Assembly: GCF_000283555.1 (NCBI RefSeq)
Contig: NC_016012.1
Coordinates: 1,080,001-1,112,000, forward strand
DNA length: 32,000 nucleotides
From: Candidatus Arthromitus sp. SFB-rat-Yit
GTDB lineage: Bacteria; Bacillota; Clostridia; Clostridiales; Clostridiaceae
Direction: 5' to 3'
A model generated the notes under the pieces. The model did no database searches. It was not told where the DNA came from and worked only from the letters and a program-made list of their open reading frames with translations. The position numbers were made by a program, and so were the translations under genes. This document shows, in pieces, positions 8,256 to 20,092 of the stretch (position 1 is the stretch's first letter; every line of letters starts with the position of its first letter).

Positions 8256-10335
8256 CTATCTCTACCATCCTACTATTTATTATTTGTACATCGGGTACGA
8301 TTTCATTTAAGGAAATAATAAACAAATCCCCAAACACTAATTCCGTAAATCTTTTAAACGCTGGCCTAATTCGTGGTGAAACAAGAATAATAGGCTGACT
8401 ATAATTAAATTGAACTCTCTTAATTGCATAACTTATTGCTTCAAACACCTTTCTTGATAAGTTTGGTTCTAATGCAATAAAACTTCCTTGTGTTGACTTT
8501 TGAATACTATTTGTTAAAAGTTCTTCGAGTTTTGGACTCAGAGTAACAACAACAATTTTTTTCTCCTCATCGACAAACATGTTTGAAATAACTCTACTAA
8601 GAGCAAATCTCACATGCTCTGTCAAAACCTCAACATCTTTTACAATTCTTGAATTATCAGCAAGACTCTCAAAAATTGTTACAAGATCCTTAATAGGAAT
8701 TCTTTCCTTAAGAAGATTTTGTAAAACTTTTTGGACATCTCCAATACTCATAAGATCTGGTACGAGTTCTTCCACAACAGTTGGATACTTCTCTTTTAGC
8801 GTATCTACAATTTCTTTTGTTTCTTGTCGTCCAATAAGTTCAAAAGCCTTAATCTTTATCATCTCAGTTATATGAGTAACAATTATTGTCGTCGGATCAA
8901 CAACCGTAAATCCTAAAAGTTCAGCCTCTTCTCTTTGAGATTTTTCTATCCACTTCGCATCGAGTCCAAATGTTGGATCTTTTGTCATAAGCCCCTGTAT
9001 ACCATCAAGTTCTTCATTAGAAGTTGAAATAGCCATTAACATATTGGGAATAACTTCTACTTTAACCACTATTGTGCCCCAAATTTTTAGCACATATTCA
9101 TTACTCTTAAGTTGCAAATTATCTCTAATCCTTATTGGTTTCAAAATCAGTCCAAGCTCAATTGCAATTTGTCTTCTTATTGATGCTATTCTGCTTAAAA
9201 GATCTCCTCCATTTCTTTCATCTGCTAAAGGAATAAGACCATATCCAATTTCAAGTTCAATAGGCTCAATCAATATAAGCTTATTTACATTTTCAGGTTC
9301 TGATTTAACTTGTTCTGCGTTCTCAACGTCTTGCTTTAAATTTTCTTCTTGTAAATCTTTTCCAGACTTATCTCCACTTTTTAAAATTAAAAATCCTCCC
9401 AAACCAGTCATAACTGCTAAAGCTAAAAACGGAATGGTTGGAAGCCCTGGAATTATTGCAAGAATTCCAAGTATTCCTGCAGATGTCAAAAGCACAATTG
9501 GAAACGATGAAAATTGTTCCGAAATCGCACGACTTAAACTTTTTCCATCTCCTGATCTAGTTACAATTACACCAGAAGCAGTTGAAATTAAAAGAGCTGG
9601 TATTTGTGAAACCAATCCATCCCCTACAGTTAACCTCACATATGTAGACGCTGCTTCTCCAACTTCCATTCCCATCATCATTGTTCCTATAACTATACCC
9701 GCAATGATATTAATCAAAGTTACAATTATCCCTGCTATAGCATCACCTTTAACAAACTTCGAGGCACCATCCATTGATCCATAAAAATCTGCCTCAAGTT
9801 GAAGATTCCTTCTCCTTCTTTTCGCTTCCTCTTCAGATATAATTCCAGAGTTTAAATCAGCATCAATACTCATTTGTTTCCCTGGCATAGCATCGAGCGT
9901 AAATCTTGCTGAAACTTCTGATACACGGCCAGAACCGTTTGTTATAACAAGAAATTGAATTATAACAATGATCAAAAAAATAATTACTCCTACTACATAA
10001 TTCCCTCCGATAACAAACTCTCCAAATGCTTTTATGATACTTCCACCATCAGCCTTAGAAAGAATAAGCCTAGTTGAAGACACGTTTAATGCAAGCCTAA
10101 AAAGAGTAGTAACAAGCAAAATAGTCGGAAATATTGAAAACTCTAAAACTTCTGTAGAAAATATAGTAATCAACAATATCATTACAGAGATTGTTATATT
10201 AACAGCAATAAGCATATCTAAAATAAAAGGTGGCATTGGAATAATAATCATAAGTACAATGCAAATTATCCCAGCTGCCACACCAATATCTATTAAATCC
10301 TTTTTATTTAATCCCAGGGCTTTTGTATTTTCCAA
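8245..10335 (-). CDS. flhA: Flagellar type III export protein FlhA
   Basis: Full-length 696 aa; LVTTLFRLALNVSSTRLIL, GDAIAGIIVTLINIIAGIVIG, FVISRVISNMF-like C-terminal half, GSFIALEP, PILVSPRIRPAFKR type motifs. Confidence 0.97.
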   Translation of the reverse strand: MENTKALGLNKKDLIDIGVAAGIICIVLMIIIPMPPFILDMLIAVNITISVMILLITIFSTEVLEFSIFPTILLVTTLFRLALNVSSTRLILSKADGGSIIKAFGEFVIGGNYVVGVIIFLIIVIIQFLVITNGSGRVSEVSARFTLDAMPGKQMSIDADLNSGIISEEEAKRRRRNLQLEADFYGSMDGASKFVKGDAIAGIIVTLINIIAGIVIGTMMMGMEVGEAASTYVRLTVGDGLVSQIPALLISTASGVIVTRSGDGKSLSRAISEQFSSFPIVLLTSAGILGILAIIPGLPTIPFLALAVMTGLGGFLILKSGDKSGKDLQEENLKQDVENAEQVKSEPENVNKLILIEPIELEIGYGLIPLADERNGGDLLSRIASIRRQIAIELGLILKPIRIRDNLQLKSNEYVLKIWGTIVVKVEVIPNMLMAISTSNEELDGIQGLMTKDPTFGLDAKWIEKSQREEAELLGFTVVDPTTIIVTHITEMIKIKAFELIGRQETKEIVDTLKEKYPTVVEELVPDLMSIGDVQKVLQNLLKERIPIKDLVTIFESLADNSRIVKDVEVLTEHVRFALSRVISNMFVDEEKKIVVVTLSPKLEELLTNSIQKSTQGSFIALEPNLSRKVFEAISYAIKRVQFNYSQPIILVSPRIRPAFKRFTELVFGDLFIISLNEIVPDVQIINSRMVEIDDN

Positions 10336-10356
10336 TCAAACAACACCCCTCTCTTA

Positions 10357-12192
10357 CTAATACTTTTTACTTTTGTTATTAAGTTTAAATATGTACGTCA
10401 AAATATCTGCCACTGATTTATATATCTCTTGTGGTATCTCCGCTTCTAGCTCAACATTCTTATAAATAAATCTCGCAAGTTGTTTATCTTCAACAATAGG
10501 AACATTATTTTCTTGAGCAAGTTCCTTTATCCTATAAGCAACATGATTTATTCCCTTCGCCATAAGTTTAGGGGCCATATCCTCCCCCTGTTTATACCGA
10601 AGTGCTACAGCTATATGAGTCGGGTTTGTTATTATAACAGAAGAATTTTTAACATTAGACATCATATTTTGCATAATTATTTGTTTACCCTTTTGCCTAA
10701 TTTGAGATTTTACCTGTTGATCTCCTTCCATTTGTTTAAATTCTTCTTTAACTTCTTGCTTAGTCATTTTAAGTTTTTTATTATAACGAAATTTCTCAAT
10801 CATAAAATCAACTGCACCTATTGCCGCAACTACTCCAAAAATTTTTGTAAATATAGAAATAAATAAAGGTACAACAAATGAAAAAGATTGATTTGTTTTG
10901 AAGTTTCCAAGCCTTAAAAACGTTTCCATATTATCAATGATAAATTGATAAGAAAAATAACAAAGTACTATGACAATAATGAAATCTCTAAATAAATCAA
11001 ACAATGATTTAATACTAAAAATGTTTTTAATTGTATTTAATGGATTAAAATCTTTAAAGTTTGGTTTTAAAAGTTTTGGCGTAATCAAAAATCCTGTTTG
11101 GATTATGTTTGATATAACAGAAAGTCCTATAAAAATAATTCCAGGTATAAGCACAACAATTAAAATCTTCGGCAAAACAAATTTAAAAATATCAACGACA
11201 TCATATCCACCATAATTATAAGCAATCCCATCTCCAAGGAAATATGACATTATCTTTTGGAGTTCCCCCAAAATAAATTTTCCAAGTATAATGACTAAAA
11301 CAACTCCAAGAATAGAAATTGCTGAAACCAAAAATGTAGATTTGGCAATATTACCTTCCTCTTTTGCCTTCTTCTTTTTATGTGGCGTTGCCTCTTCCGT
11401 CTTATCATCTGAAAATACAAATATCACTGGAGCAAATGAAAACACTTTAAAAATTAGATTATTAAAATCCACATAGATATCCATAAATCTTGTAAATATA
11501 ATTTTTACCGATATAATCAAAAGTGATATTGTCACTGCTATCTTAAATGGAAAACTCACAACTATCATGTTTATCTTCGGAATTATCTTAGATATTATCC
11601 CTAAGATAATGTCGACAAAAATCAAAATTATAATAATAGGGATTATTATCATAAATGATGCTCTAAAAATTGTAAGCATTGCAAAAATAAAACTATTTAA
11701 AAAATCTGAAGAAATATTTAAATCTCCAATTCCTATCTTTTCATAGCTAAATATAAACGCCCGTATAAAATAATGGTGACCATTAAAAATTATAAATACG
11801 CTAAGCGAAATCCAATAAAAAATCTTCTCTATCACACTTGAATTATTATTTGTCATCGGATCAAATATTTGTGCTGAAGAAAATCCACCTTGGGAATCCA
11901 AAACAGATCCAATTCCACTAAAAAGTTGAAAAAGTAAATTAACAAAAATCCCAATCAACAACCCTATTAGCGTTTCTGATAAAATTAAAAATATGTACTG
12001 TTCATTTCCATAAAGTTTTATATCAACATTTTGATAAATAATAGGAAACAACATAAATGCAAATGCTACAGAAAACATAATCTTAAATACATTGCTTATA
12101 CCTTTTGGAAAAAAAACTTGAGATATAACGATAAACGCACTAACTCGTATGATTATTAATAGAAGAATTTTATAATCGATTTCAAAATTCAA
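10357..12192 (-). CDS. Fused flagellar export protein FliR-FlhB
   Basis: Residues ~1-255 FliR-like (ILSETLIGLLIG, DSQGGFSSAQIFDP); from ~260 FlhB (DDKTEEATPHKKKKAKEEGNIAKS, MTKQEVKEEFKQMEGDQQVKSQIRQ, autocleavage motif NPTHIAVALRY). Single uninterrupted 611-codon frame. Confidence 0.95.
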   Translation of the reverse strand: MNFEIDYKILLLIIIRVSAFIVISQVFFPKGISNVFKIMFSVAFAFMLFPIIYQNVDIKLYGNEQYIFLILSETLIGLLIGIFVNLLFQLFSGIGSVLDSQGGFSSAQIFDPMTNNNSSVIEKIFYWISLSVFIIFNGHHYFIRAFIFSYEKIGIGDLNISSDFLNSFIFAMLTIFRASFMIIIPIIIILIFVDIILGIISKIIPKINMIVVSFPFKIAVTISLLIISVKIIFTRFMDIYVDFNNLIFKVFSFAPVIFVFSDDKTEEATPHKKKKAKEEGNIAKSTFLVSAISILGVVLVIILGKFILGELQKIMSYFLGDGIAYNYGGYDVVDIFKFVLPKILIVVLIPGIIFIGLSVISNIIQTGFLITPKLLKPNFKDFNPLNTIKNIFSIKSLFDLFRDFIIVIVLCYFSYQFIIDNMETFLRLGNFKTNQSFSFVVPLFISIFTKIFGVVAAIGAVDFMIEKFRYNKKLKMTKQEVKEEFKQMEGDQQVKSQIRQKGKQIIMQNMMSNVKNSSVIITNPTHIAVALRYKQGEDMAPKLMAKGINHVAYRIKELAQENNVPIVEDKQLARFIYKNVELEAEIPQEIYKSVADILTYIFKLNNKSKKY

Positions 12193-12202
12193 TTAAACTC
12201 AC

Positions 12203-12478
12203 CTAACCAGTTGTAATTTTTTGAACTATATTAAACATCTCATTCGTAAATTTAACCATCTGTTTAATCACAAAAGGCGCCATCATAAGTCCCATAAGCG
12301 ATAATATTAAAACTTTAGGAACAAAAGTTAAGCTCTGATCATTTAAATGTGTAATAGCTTGAATTATGCTTATAGCTATTCCAATTATCATAGTAATCAA
12401 CAAAAATGGAATTGATATTTTGAATCCTGTAACCAACGCTTTTCTTATTACTGAAATTGCCAAATTTTGACTCATCAA
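12203..12478 (-). CDS. fliQ: Flagellar export protein FliQ
   Basis: MMSQNLAISVIRKALVTGFKISIPFLLITMIIGIAISIIQAITHLNDQSLTFVPKVLIL; operon position. Confidence 0.94.
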   Translation of the reverse strand: MMSQNLAISVIRKALVTGFKISIPFLLITMIIGIAISIIQAITHLNDQSLTFVPKVLILSLMGLMMAPFVIKQMVKFTNEMFNIVQKITTG

Positions 12479-13212
12479 ACACCTCCAAAGCTCATAAATA
12501 ATGATTTAATTACAAGTCTCCAACCATCTACAAGTACAATGAGAAGTATTTTAAACGGAAGTGATATTATCGCAGGTGAAACCATCATCATCCCCATAGC
12601 CATAAGTATACTAGCAACAACCATGTCAATTATCAAAAATGGAATAAATATCAAAAATCCAATTTGGAATGATGTCTTAAGTTCACTGAGTGCAAAAGAT
12701 GACATAAGAGTTGTAATAGGAACATTTTCTGATGTAACTTCTCCCTCATATTTTGAAAGCTCTAAAAATAATTCCAAATCATCTTTCCTCGTTTGCTTAA
12801 ACATAAATTCCTTAATAGGAATAACTCCCCTATCATATGCTTCCTTACCACTAATATCCTTATTCATGTAAGGAACAATCGCATCATTATTAATCTTTTC
12901 TCCAATTGGCATCATTATAAAGAAAGTCAGTATTATCGAAAGTCCAACCAAAACCATACTAGGTATTGCATTCTGAAGTCCTGAAGCATTTTTCAAAAAA
13001 GCAAACGTTATAACTATTCTTGTGAAACTCGTTGTCATTATTATCAACATAGGCAAAAAAGTAAGTAGCGTGAAAAATATAAAAAGCTCAACATTTTTAC
13101 TAATAAACCCTTCGTTGCTATCTGAAAAAATCCCCAACGCACTCACCTTAAAATCAATAAGTACAATCGCTAAAACAACTAACATACATACTCTATAGAA
13201 AGCCTTCTTCAT
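12475..13212 (-). CDS. fliP: Flagellar export protein FliP
   Basis: RIVITFAFLKNASGLQNAIPSMVLVGLSIILTFFIMMP, MGMMMVSPAIISLPFKILLIVLVDGW. Track start 13242 is inside fliO; MKKAFYRVCM at 13212 is preferred. Confidence 0.95.
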   Translation of the reverse strand: MKKAFYRVCMLVVLAIVLIDFKVSALGIFSDSNEGFISKNVELFIFFTLLTFLPMLIIMTTSFTRIVITFAFLKNASGLQNAIPSMVLVGLSIILTFFIMMPIGEKINNDAIVPYMNKDISGKEAYDRGVIPIKEFMFKQTRKDDLELFLELSKYEGEVTSENVPITTLMSSFALSELKTSFQIGFLIFIPFLIIDMVVASILMAMGMMMVSPAIISLPFKILLIVLVDGWRLVIKSLFMSFGGV

Positions 13213-13219
13213 AAAATAA

Positions 13220-13507
13220 CTACCTTCCTTCTGAAAATGCACTCTTCCTCTTTTTCATACACTCCAAAACTCTACTCTCATCTAAATGTTCGATAAGATT
13301 AACTCCCCCATGACTTGAAGAACACAAATAATATTTATCCATAACTTTTATAATCAAAATATAATTATCTTTTGAAACACAAGCTCTTGAGATAACCTTT
13401 ATAAATATATTTTGATTTTGCATACCCTTAAAATTCAATTTTATATAAACGATCATAAGAATTACTAAAATTAAAATTAACGCAAACACATTCATAACAC
13501 TACTCAT
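13220..13507 (-). CDS. fliO: Flagellar biosynthesis protein FliO-like
   Basis: 95 aa, single N-terminal TM, short beta-rich tail, located immediately upstream of fliP. Confidence 0.65.
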   Translation of the reverse strand: MSSVMNVFALILILVILMIVYIKLNFKGMQNQNIFIKVISRACVSKDNYILIIKVMDKYYLCSSSHGGVNLIEHLDESRVLECMKKRKSAFSEGR

Positions 13508-13515
13508 CTTAATAT

Positions 13516-13968
13516 TTAATTCACTAACAAGTTTGTAAAATAAACAGATAATAATACTTCAGATTCAAGAATTGAATTAACAGCATTTTTAATCTCAAGT
13601 TTAATTGCTTCAATTCCTTCACTGGTTTCAACTTCGCTTAACGATTTATTTTTGAATATCGTTATGATCGTATCTTTTATTTTATAAATGTTTGAATTTA
13701 TACTCTCGAGTGCTTTCTTATTTTTTGAATCGTAAGTCATTGCTAGTGATGCCTTTACATATTTTTTGTTAGAAGGATCTTTTATATTAACTACAATATC
13801 ATCTAACTGCATAACTTCCTCAACTATCTTCTTAGGCTCATCACTATTATTGTTCATTTTGGAAATTATAAAAAACCCAGCTACTCCCCCAATGACAATT
13901 ACTAAAAGTAAAACAATTACAATTATAATTACTCCTTTACCCGACTTCTTCTTTTCTTCACTTGCCAT
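13516..13968 (-). CDS. fliL: Flagellar basal body-associated protein FliL
   Basis: N-terminal TM helix, VNIKDPSNKKYVKASLAMTYD, C-terminal EVLLSVYFTNLLVN; between motB and fliO. Confidence 0.85.
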   Translation of the reverse strand: MASEEKKKSGKGVIIIVIVLLLVIVIGGVAGFFIISKMNNNSDEPKKIVEEVMQLDDIVVNIKDPSNKKYVKASLAMTYDSKNKKALESINSNIYKIKDTIITIFKNKSLSEVETSEGIEAIKLEIKNAVNSILESEVLLSVYFTNLLVN

Positions 13969-13972
13969 AAAA

Positions 13973-14683
13973 TCACCCTTCTACTTTATTCAAAATCAAA
14001 ATATTAACTCTTCTATTTTTAGCCTTATTCTCAGCAGTATCATTAAGTGCAATAGGTCTAAACTCTCCATAGCCTTGGGCAGATATACGTACTGGATTGA
14101 CATTCGCAGACTCGACTAAAAATCTAGTAACAACAACCGATCTTGCCGTTGATAACTCCCAGTTACTCGCAAACATATATGTATTAATTGGAACATTGTC
14201 CGTGTGACCTTCAATAATTATCTGGTTATCAATTTCATTTAAAACATCTGCGATATCTCTTAATATATGTTTACTTTCCCCCTTCAGGTCAGCTCTTCCC
14301 GATTGAAAAAGCAATGAGTCAACAACCACAACAGAAACCCCTCTTTCAACTACTTCAACTGAAATAAAATCTTCAAGTCCCTTTTCATTAATTAAATTAT
14401 TTAATATATCAACCAAAGAATCTTGAGTTTTCTCTTCTTCCTGTTCTTTATCTACATTATTAAATATATCTTCCCCAACTCCCTCGTTAGTAATGGGGTT
14501 ATTCCCTCCACCGTTAAATATATTATTGAAAGCCTGAGTAAGCTGAGCTTCTTTCTTTGCATCTACAGTCGACATTGAAAACAACAATATGAAAAACACC
14601 ATAAGTAAAGTCATCGCATCAGAGAATGTAACCATCCACTCAGGAGCTCCACCACCTTGTTCTTCCTCTTTCTTCTTTCCCAT
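13973..14683 (-). CDS. motB: Flagellar motor protein MotB
   Basis: Plug/TM region GGAPEWMVTFSDAMTLLMVFFILLFSMS with the critical Asp, OmpA-like domain IIIEGHTDNVPINT.YMFASNWELSTARSVVVTRFLVE. Confidence 0.95.
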   Translation of the reverse strand: MGKKKEEEQGGGAPEWMVTFSDAMTLLMVFFILLFSMSTVDAKKEAQLTQAFNNIFNGGGNNPITNEGVGEDIFNNVDKEQEEEKTQDSLVDILNNLINEKGLEDFISVEVVERGVSVVVVDSLLFQSGRADLKGESKHILRDIADVLNEIDNQIIIEGHTDNVPINTYMFASNWELSTARSVVVTRFLVESANVNPVRISAQGYGEFRPIALNDTAENKAKNRRVNILILNKVEG

Positions 14684-14709
14684 AAATTTTTCATCCCCAA
14701 ACGAATTAA

Positions 14710-15510
14710 TTATTTATTTGACTTTATATTCTCCTCGAGCTTAATCTTTTCACTTTCCTCTAAATATGTACTTAAAATTTCTTGTATCATTTTAGGAGTA
14801 TATCCAGATCTAACACATCTTATAGCTTTATACTCAAGCATAATAAAATCCATAACTTTTCCTGCATTAAGAGAAATTTTATCTGCAAGAGGTAACATTA
14901 TTAAATTCGCAGCAATCGCACCATAAAGAGTTGTTATGAGTGCGGTAGCCATACCGGCAACAAGTTTGTTAATATCTTCCATATTTCCAAGAAGTTGAAT
15001 AAGTCCAATAAGCGTTCCTATCATTCCAAAAGCCGGCGCATACGCTCCCCACTGTTTAAAGAACTTAATTCCTTGCTTCATTCTTTCTTCATAATTTTCC
15101 ATTTCGCTTTCCAAAATATTTACTATAGCATCTTCCTCAGCTCCATCAACAATTAGTTTAATTCCTTGTTTTAAAAAGGCATCATCCATGTTCTCAATCT
15201 CACCTTCTAAAGATAACATTCCTTCTTTTCTTGCTTTTTTAGAAAGATTTATTATTTGAACAATAAAAGCAATTTTATCTCTGTTCGTATCCCTAAGTAC
15301 AACATTCATATAAGATCCTATAGCCTTTATTTCATTCATTGAAAAACTAACTAATAAGGCAGCAAACGAACCAACTATAACGATTACAAATGACTTAACA
15401 TCAACAAATGCCATGAGTGAGGTTCCGGGCCCTAGCATACCATAGAGTAGCATGACAATACCAACTACAATCCCAATAATACTTAAATTATCTTTTTTCA
15501 TTGTGTTCAC
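14710..15510 (-). CDS. motA: Flagellar motor protein MotA
   Basis: GPGTSLMAFVDVKSFVIVIVGSFAALLVSF, KQGIKLIVDG, YAPAFGMIGTLIGLIQLLGNM, GMATALITTLYGAIAANLIMLPLADK. Confidence 0.95.
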   Translation of the reverse strand: MNTMKKDNLSIIGIVVGIVMLLYGMLGPGTSLMAFVDVKSFVIVIVGSFAALLVSFSMNEIKAIGSYMNVVLRDTNRDKIAFIVQIINLSKKARKEGMLSLEGEIENMDDAFLKQGIKLIVDGAEEDAIVNILESEMENYEERMKQGIKFFKQWGAYAPAFGMIGTLIGLIQLLGNMEDINKLVAGMATALITTLYGAIAANLIMLPLADKISLNAGKVMDFIMLEYKAIRCVRSGYTPKMIQEILSTYLEESEKIKLEENIKSNK

Positions 15511-15610
15511 TTCCTCAAAATCTAATTATTTGTATCTTTTATTATTCTTCTAAACGTTCATTATAATTCAACTTACAACAATGGAATTATTTCCAATATT
15601 ATTAAAAAAG

Positions 15611-15637
15611 AAAGTACATACATAACGTATGTACTTT
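15611..15637 (-). terminator. Rho-independent terminator after the thioesterase gene
   Basis: Perfect 11-bp stem AAAGTACATAC/GTATGTACTTT, 5-nt loop, U-rich CTTTTTTAATA following on the minus strand. Confidence 0.75.
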
Positions 15638-15664
15638 AATTAATTTTTGAAAATTTCATAAAAT

Positions 15665-16096
15665 TTATTTCTCTAAAGAACTTAAACATTTATTGTAGAA
15701 TTCTTTCATTTCCTTATCAAATCTAACGATCTTAAAATCTTTTTTTGTTACACAAACAATAGTAACAAATGCTCTAGTCTTTTCCTCATTCTTATCATTA
15801 AATATCCTTTGTTCATAGATCATCTTAACCTTTGATAATTTATGTATAGATGTTTCTACATGAATATTTTCATCATAACGGGCTGGACTCATAAACTTTA
15901 TATCCATTTCATAAACAGGAAATAAAAATCCTTTCCGCTCAAAGTCCATCATATTAAATCCACTATCTTTTATGAAATTTGTTCTCCCAATCTCCATCCA
16001 AATTAAATAATTCGAATGATAAACAACACCCATTTGATCTGTTTCAGAATATCTAACTTCTATATCCTTTATCGACTTCAAACTATTTACCCCCAA
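15665..16096 (-). CDS. 4HBT-family acyl-CoA thioesterase (YbgC/FadM-like)
   Basis: VRYSETDQMGVVYHSNYLIWMEIGRTNFIKDSG hotdog-fold motif. Confidence 0.87.
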   Translation of the reverse strand: MGVNSLKSIKDIEVRYSETDQMGVVYHSNYLIWMEIGRTNFIKDSGFNMMDFERKGFLFPVYEMDIKFMSPARYDENIHVETSIHKLSKVKMIYEQRIFNDKNEEKTRAFVTIVCVTKKDFKIVRFDKEMKEFYNKCLSSLEK

Positions 16097-16100
16097 AAAA

Positions 16101-17399
16101 TTATTTCAATATACCAACCCTCTTCAAAATAATATCAACATTTTTCATATAATAATCAATACTAAAACATTCTTCAACTTCAAGAAGAGTTAAGTATTTC
16201 AAAATTTCTGAATCATTAATTAGCATTTCTTTAAATTCCAACTTGTTTGTAAAACAATTCATCGCCAAAGATTGAACAATGTCATAAGCCTCTTCTCTCG
16301 ACAATCCTTTATTTATTAAACTATTCATAACCCTTTGCGAAAAAATAATTCCATAAGTTTTATTTATATTTTCAAGCATATTATCTTCAAATACAACCAA
16401 GTTCTCCAAAATATTTTTCATTCTATTGAGCATATAATCAATTAAAATCGTAGCATCAGGAAGTATTATTCTCTCTGCACTCGAATGCGAAATATCCCTT
16501 TCATGCCAGAGTGAAATATTTTCAAAAGATGTAACCGTATAACCTCTTAGAACACGGGCACACCCTGCTATATTTTCACTAGAAATTGGATTTCTTTTAT
16601 GTGGCATAGCACTCGATCCTTTTTGTCCTTTTACAAATCTTTCTTCAACTTCACGAACTTCCGTTCTTTGAAGATGTCTTATCTCTACTCCAATTTTTTC
16701 AAGAGTCGATCCAATTAAAGATATAGTTGACATATAAAAAGCATGTCTATCTCTTTGAAGAGTTTGAGTTGATATACTTGATGAATTAATTCCAAGTTTA
16801 TTGCAAACATAATCTTGTATAAATGGATCAATGTTTGAATAATTCCCAACAGCACCACTTATTTTACCAACCTCAACATCTCGTGATGATAATTTAAACC
16901 TCTCCAAATTTCTCATCATCTCATCGTACCATAGAGCAAATTTCAAACCAAATGAAGTTATGTCAGCATGAATTCCATGAGTTCTACCTATACAGGGTAC
17001 TTTTTTATATTCAATAGCTTTTTCTCTTAAAACATCAAGTATTTCTTCTATATCCCTAAGTATAATTTCATTTGCTTGCTTTAAAATATATCCATATGCC
17101 GTATCAACAACATCAGTGCTTGTAAGGCCATAATGAATCCACTTCTTCTCTTCTCCTAAAGATTCACTAAGTGCTCTTGTAAAAGCAACAACATCATGTC
17201 TTGTTTCTCTTTCAAGCTCAAGCATTCTATGCACATCAACTTTACAATTTTCCCAAAGCTTTTTAACATCATCTTTAGGTATAACCCCAAGCTCACTAAA
17301 AGCTTTACTAGATAACAATTCAACTTTTAACCAAGAATTAAATTTATTTTCATCACTCCATACATTGGTCATTTCTTTCCGTGAATATCTCTTAATCAT
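16101..17399 (-). CDS. purB: Adenylosuccinate lyase
   Basis: [24 protein letters not shown], signature [17 protein letters not shown]; full length. Confidence 0.96.
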   Translation of the reverse strand: MIKRYSRKEMTNVWSDENKFNSWLKVELLSSKAFSELGVIPKDDVKKLWENCKVDVHRMLELERETRHDVVAFTRALSESLGEEKKWIHYGLTSTDVVDTAYGYILKQANEIILRDIEEILDVLREKAIEYKKVPCIGRTHGIHADITSFGLKFALWYDEMMRNLERFKLSSRDVEVGKISGAVGNYSNIDPFIQDYVCNKLGINSSSISTQTLQRDRHAFYMSTISLIGSTLEKIGVEIRHLQRTEVREVEERFVKGQKGSSAMPHKRNPISSENIAGCARVLRGYTVTSFENISLWHERDISHSSAERIILPDATILIDYMLNRMKNILENLVVFEDNMLENINKTYGIIFSQRVMNSLINKGLSREEAYDIVQSLAMNCFTNKLEFKEMLINDSEILKYLTLLEVEECFSIDYYMKNVDIILKRVGILK

Positions 17400-18433
17400 A
17401 CTACTTTAACCCTACACTTCTCTGCACTACTACATTGTGCAGCTTCAATAATTTTCATAACATCAATAGCCTCTTCTGGTTTTACAAATAATTCTCCACC
17501 ATCATTTATAGCATGATAAATATTGTCATAATATTTCCCATAATCACCTATCTCTGTTACTATCTTCTCTTCCAAAAATTCATTTTCACTGACTCTACAA
17601 AGAGTTCCAAAATATTTTTCTTCATCAACTCCCAAATCTGATTCCCAAGGTCGCATTCCCGAAATCAGTCTACCCTCTTGCAAATCTTTTCCGTATTTTA
17701 TAAAACTTCCTTTTGTTCCATGAATTGCAAAATGAGGTCCAGACATCGCAACAACTTCACCAGATGATAACACAACTTTTTTATCTTTATAATATAAATA
17801 CACTTGGAAATTATCAATTCCAGAAGACTCATTACGTTGTTTTCTTAAATCGGCATAAACCTCATTTGGCATCCCAAATATATTGTAAGCTTGATCAATC
17901 AAATGAACTCCAATATCATATAAAAGATCTATCCCTTTTCCACCATCAACCTTCCATTGTTTCTTATTCTTGCCAGTTACAAATCGATCAAAATGGCATT
18001 CATAATCCAAAACTTCACCAATCATATTTTCATTTATTATTTTTTTGACAGTAAGAAAATCTCCATCAAATCTCCTATTTTGATAAACAGAAAATACAAC
18101 ATTCTCACGCTTAGATATTTCACATAATTCCATTACTTCTTTGCTCGTTGATGCAACAGGTTTTTCTACCACAACATGCTTACCAGCCTGCATAGCTTTC
18201 AATGACATTTCAAAATGACAAGGATTCGGCGTTGAAATTACAACAAGATCAATATCAGATGTCAAAAGTTCATCAAAACTTCTAACCACCTCAACTTCTG
18301 GATACTCTTTCTTAGAATTAGTCGAGGTTCTCTCATAAACTTTTTTAAGATTAAACCTACTATCTGCATGAAGAAATGGAGCTTGAAAAATTTTCCCCGA
18401 TAAACCGAATCCCGCAAGTCCCACGCATATCAT
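17396..18433 (-). CDS. Gfo/Idh/MocA-family NAD(P)-dependent oxidoreductase
   Basis: [17 protein letters not shown] Rossmann motif, VVEKPVA catalytic motif, [14 protein letters not shown]. Start at 18433 ([10 protein letters not shown]); track start 18499 lies in a non-conserved extension. Overlaps purB start by ATGA. Confidence 0.9.
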   Translation of the reverse strand: MICVGLAGFGLSGKIFQAPFLHADSRFNLKKVYERTSTNSKKEYPEVEVVRSFDELLTSDIDLVVISTPNPCHFEMSLKAMQAGKHVVVEKPVASTSKEVMELCEISKRENVVFSVYQNRRFDGDFLTVKKIINENMIGEVLDYECHFDRFVTGKNKKQWKVDGGKGIDLLYDIGVHLIDQAYNIFGMPNEVYADLRKQRNESSGIDNFQVYLYYKDKKVVLSSGEVVAMSGPHFAIHGTKGSFIKYGKDLQEGRLISGMRPWESDLGVDEEKYFGTLCRVSENEFLEEKIVTEIGDYGKYYDNIYHAINDGGELFVKPEEAIDVMKIIEAAQCSSAEKCRVKVV

Positions 18434-18444
18434 ATTGTTATTAA

Positions 18445-19860
<1,416 letters not shown>

Positions 19861-20037
19861 ATTTAATACTGAATAACTTTTAATCCTAAGGGACAAGATA
19901 ATAATAGTGCCATTTAAAGTTATAAGAATTAAATTTTATGTAGTGTTTTTAAAAACATCTTTATTTAATATAAAATTTAAGCACGTTGATTATATATTTA
20001 AACTGCATCTTATATTTTAAATGGCTGTATTAATTTT

Positions 20038-20066
20038 TTGTTGACTTTATACAAAATTAATATAAT
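20038..20066 (+). promoter_or_regulatory. Putative promoter for the 28-aa micro-ORF
   Basis: TTGTTG - 17 nt - TATAAT directly upstream of GGAGGAGG ribosome-binding site. Confidence 0.45.
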
Positions 20067-20092
20067 AATATCTCCATAAGGAGGAGGTTATT

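Noticed and set aside
8579-8875. Plus-strand ORFs within flhA, fliR-flhB, fliQ/P, fliL, motA, purA, deoB and others (e.g. 8579..8875, 10034..10360, 10480..10866, 10970..11215, 11291..11476, 12467..12871, 13766..14119, 14657..14926)
   Set aside because: All are opposite strong family-assigned genes and show no recognisable domains or initiation signals.
9044-9784. 246-aa plus-strand ORF opposite flhA
   Set aside because: Lies entirely antisense to a clearly conserved gene; composition (I, S, P, T rich) is typical of a shadow frame.
13213-13242. Overlap between fliO and fliP in the ORF track
   Set aside because: Disappears when fliP starts at MKKAFYRV (13212).
19944-19957. Palindrome TGTTTTTAAAAACA downstream of purA as a terminator or regulator site
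   Set aside because: Only A/T pairs apart from the ends and no clean U-tract; too weak in an AT-rich intergenic region.
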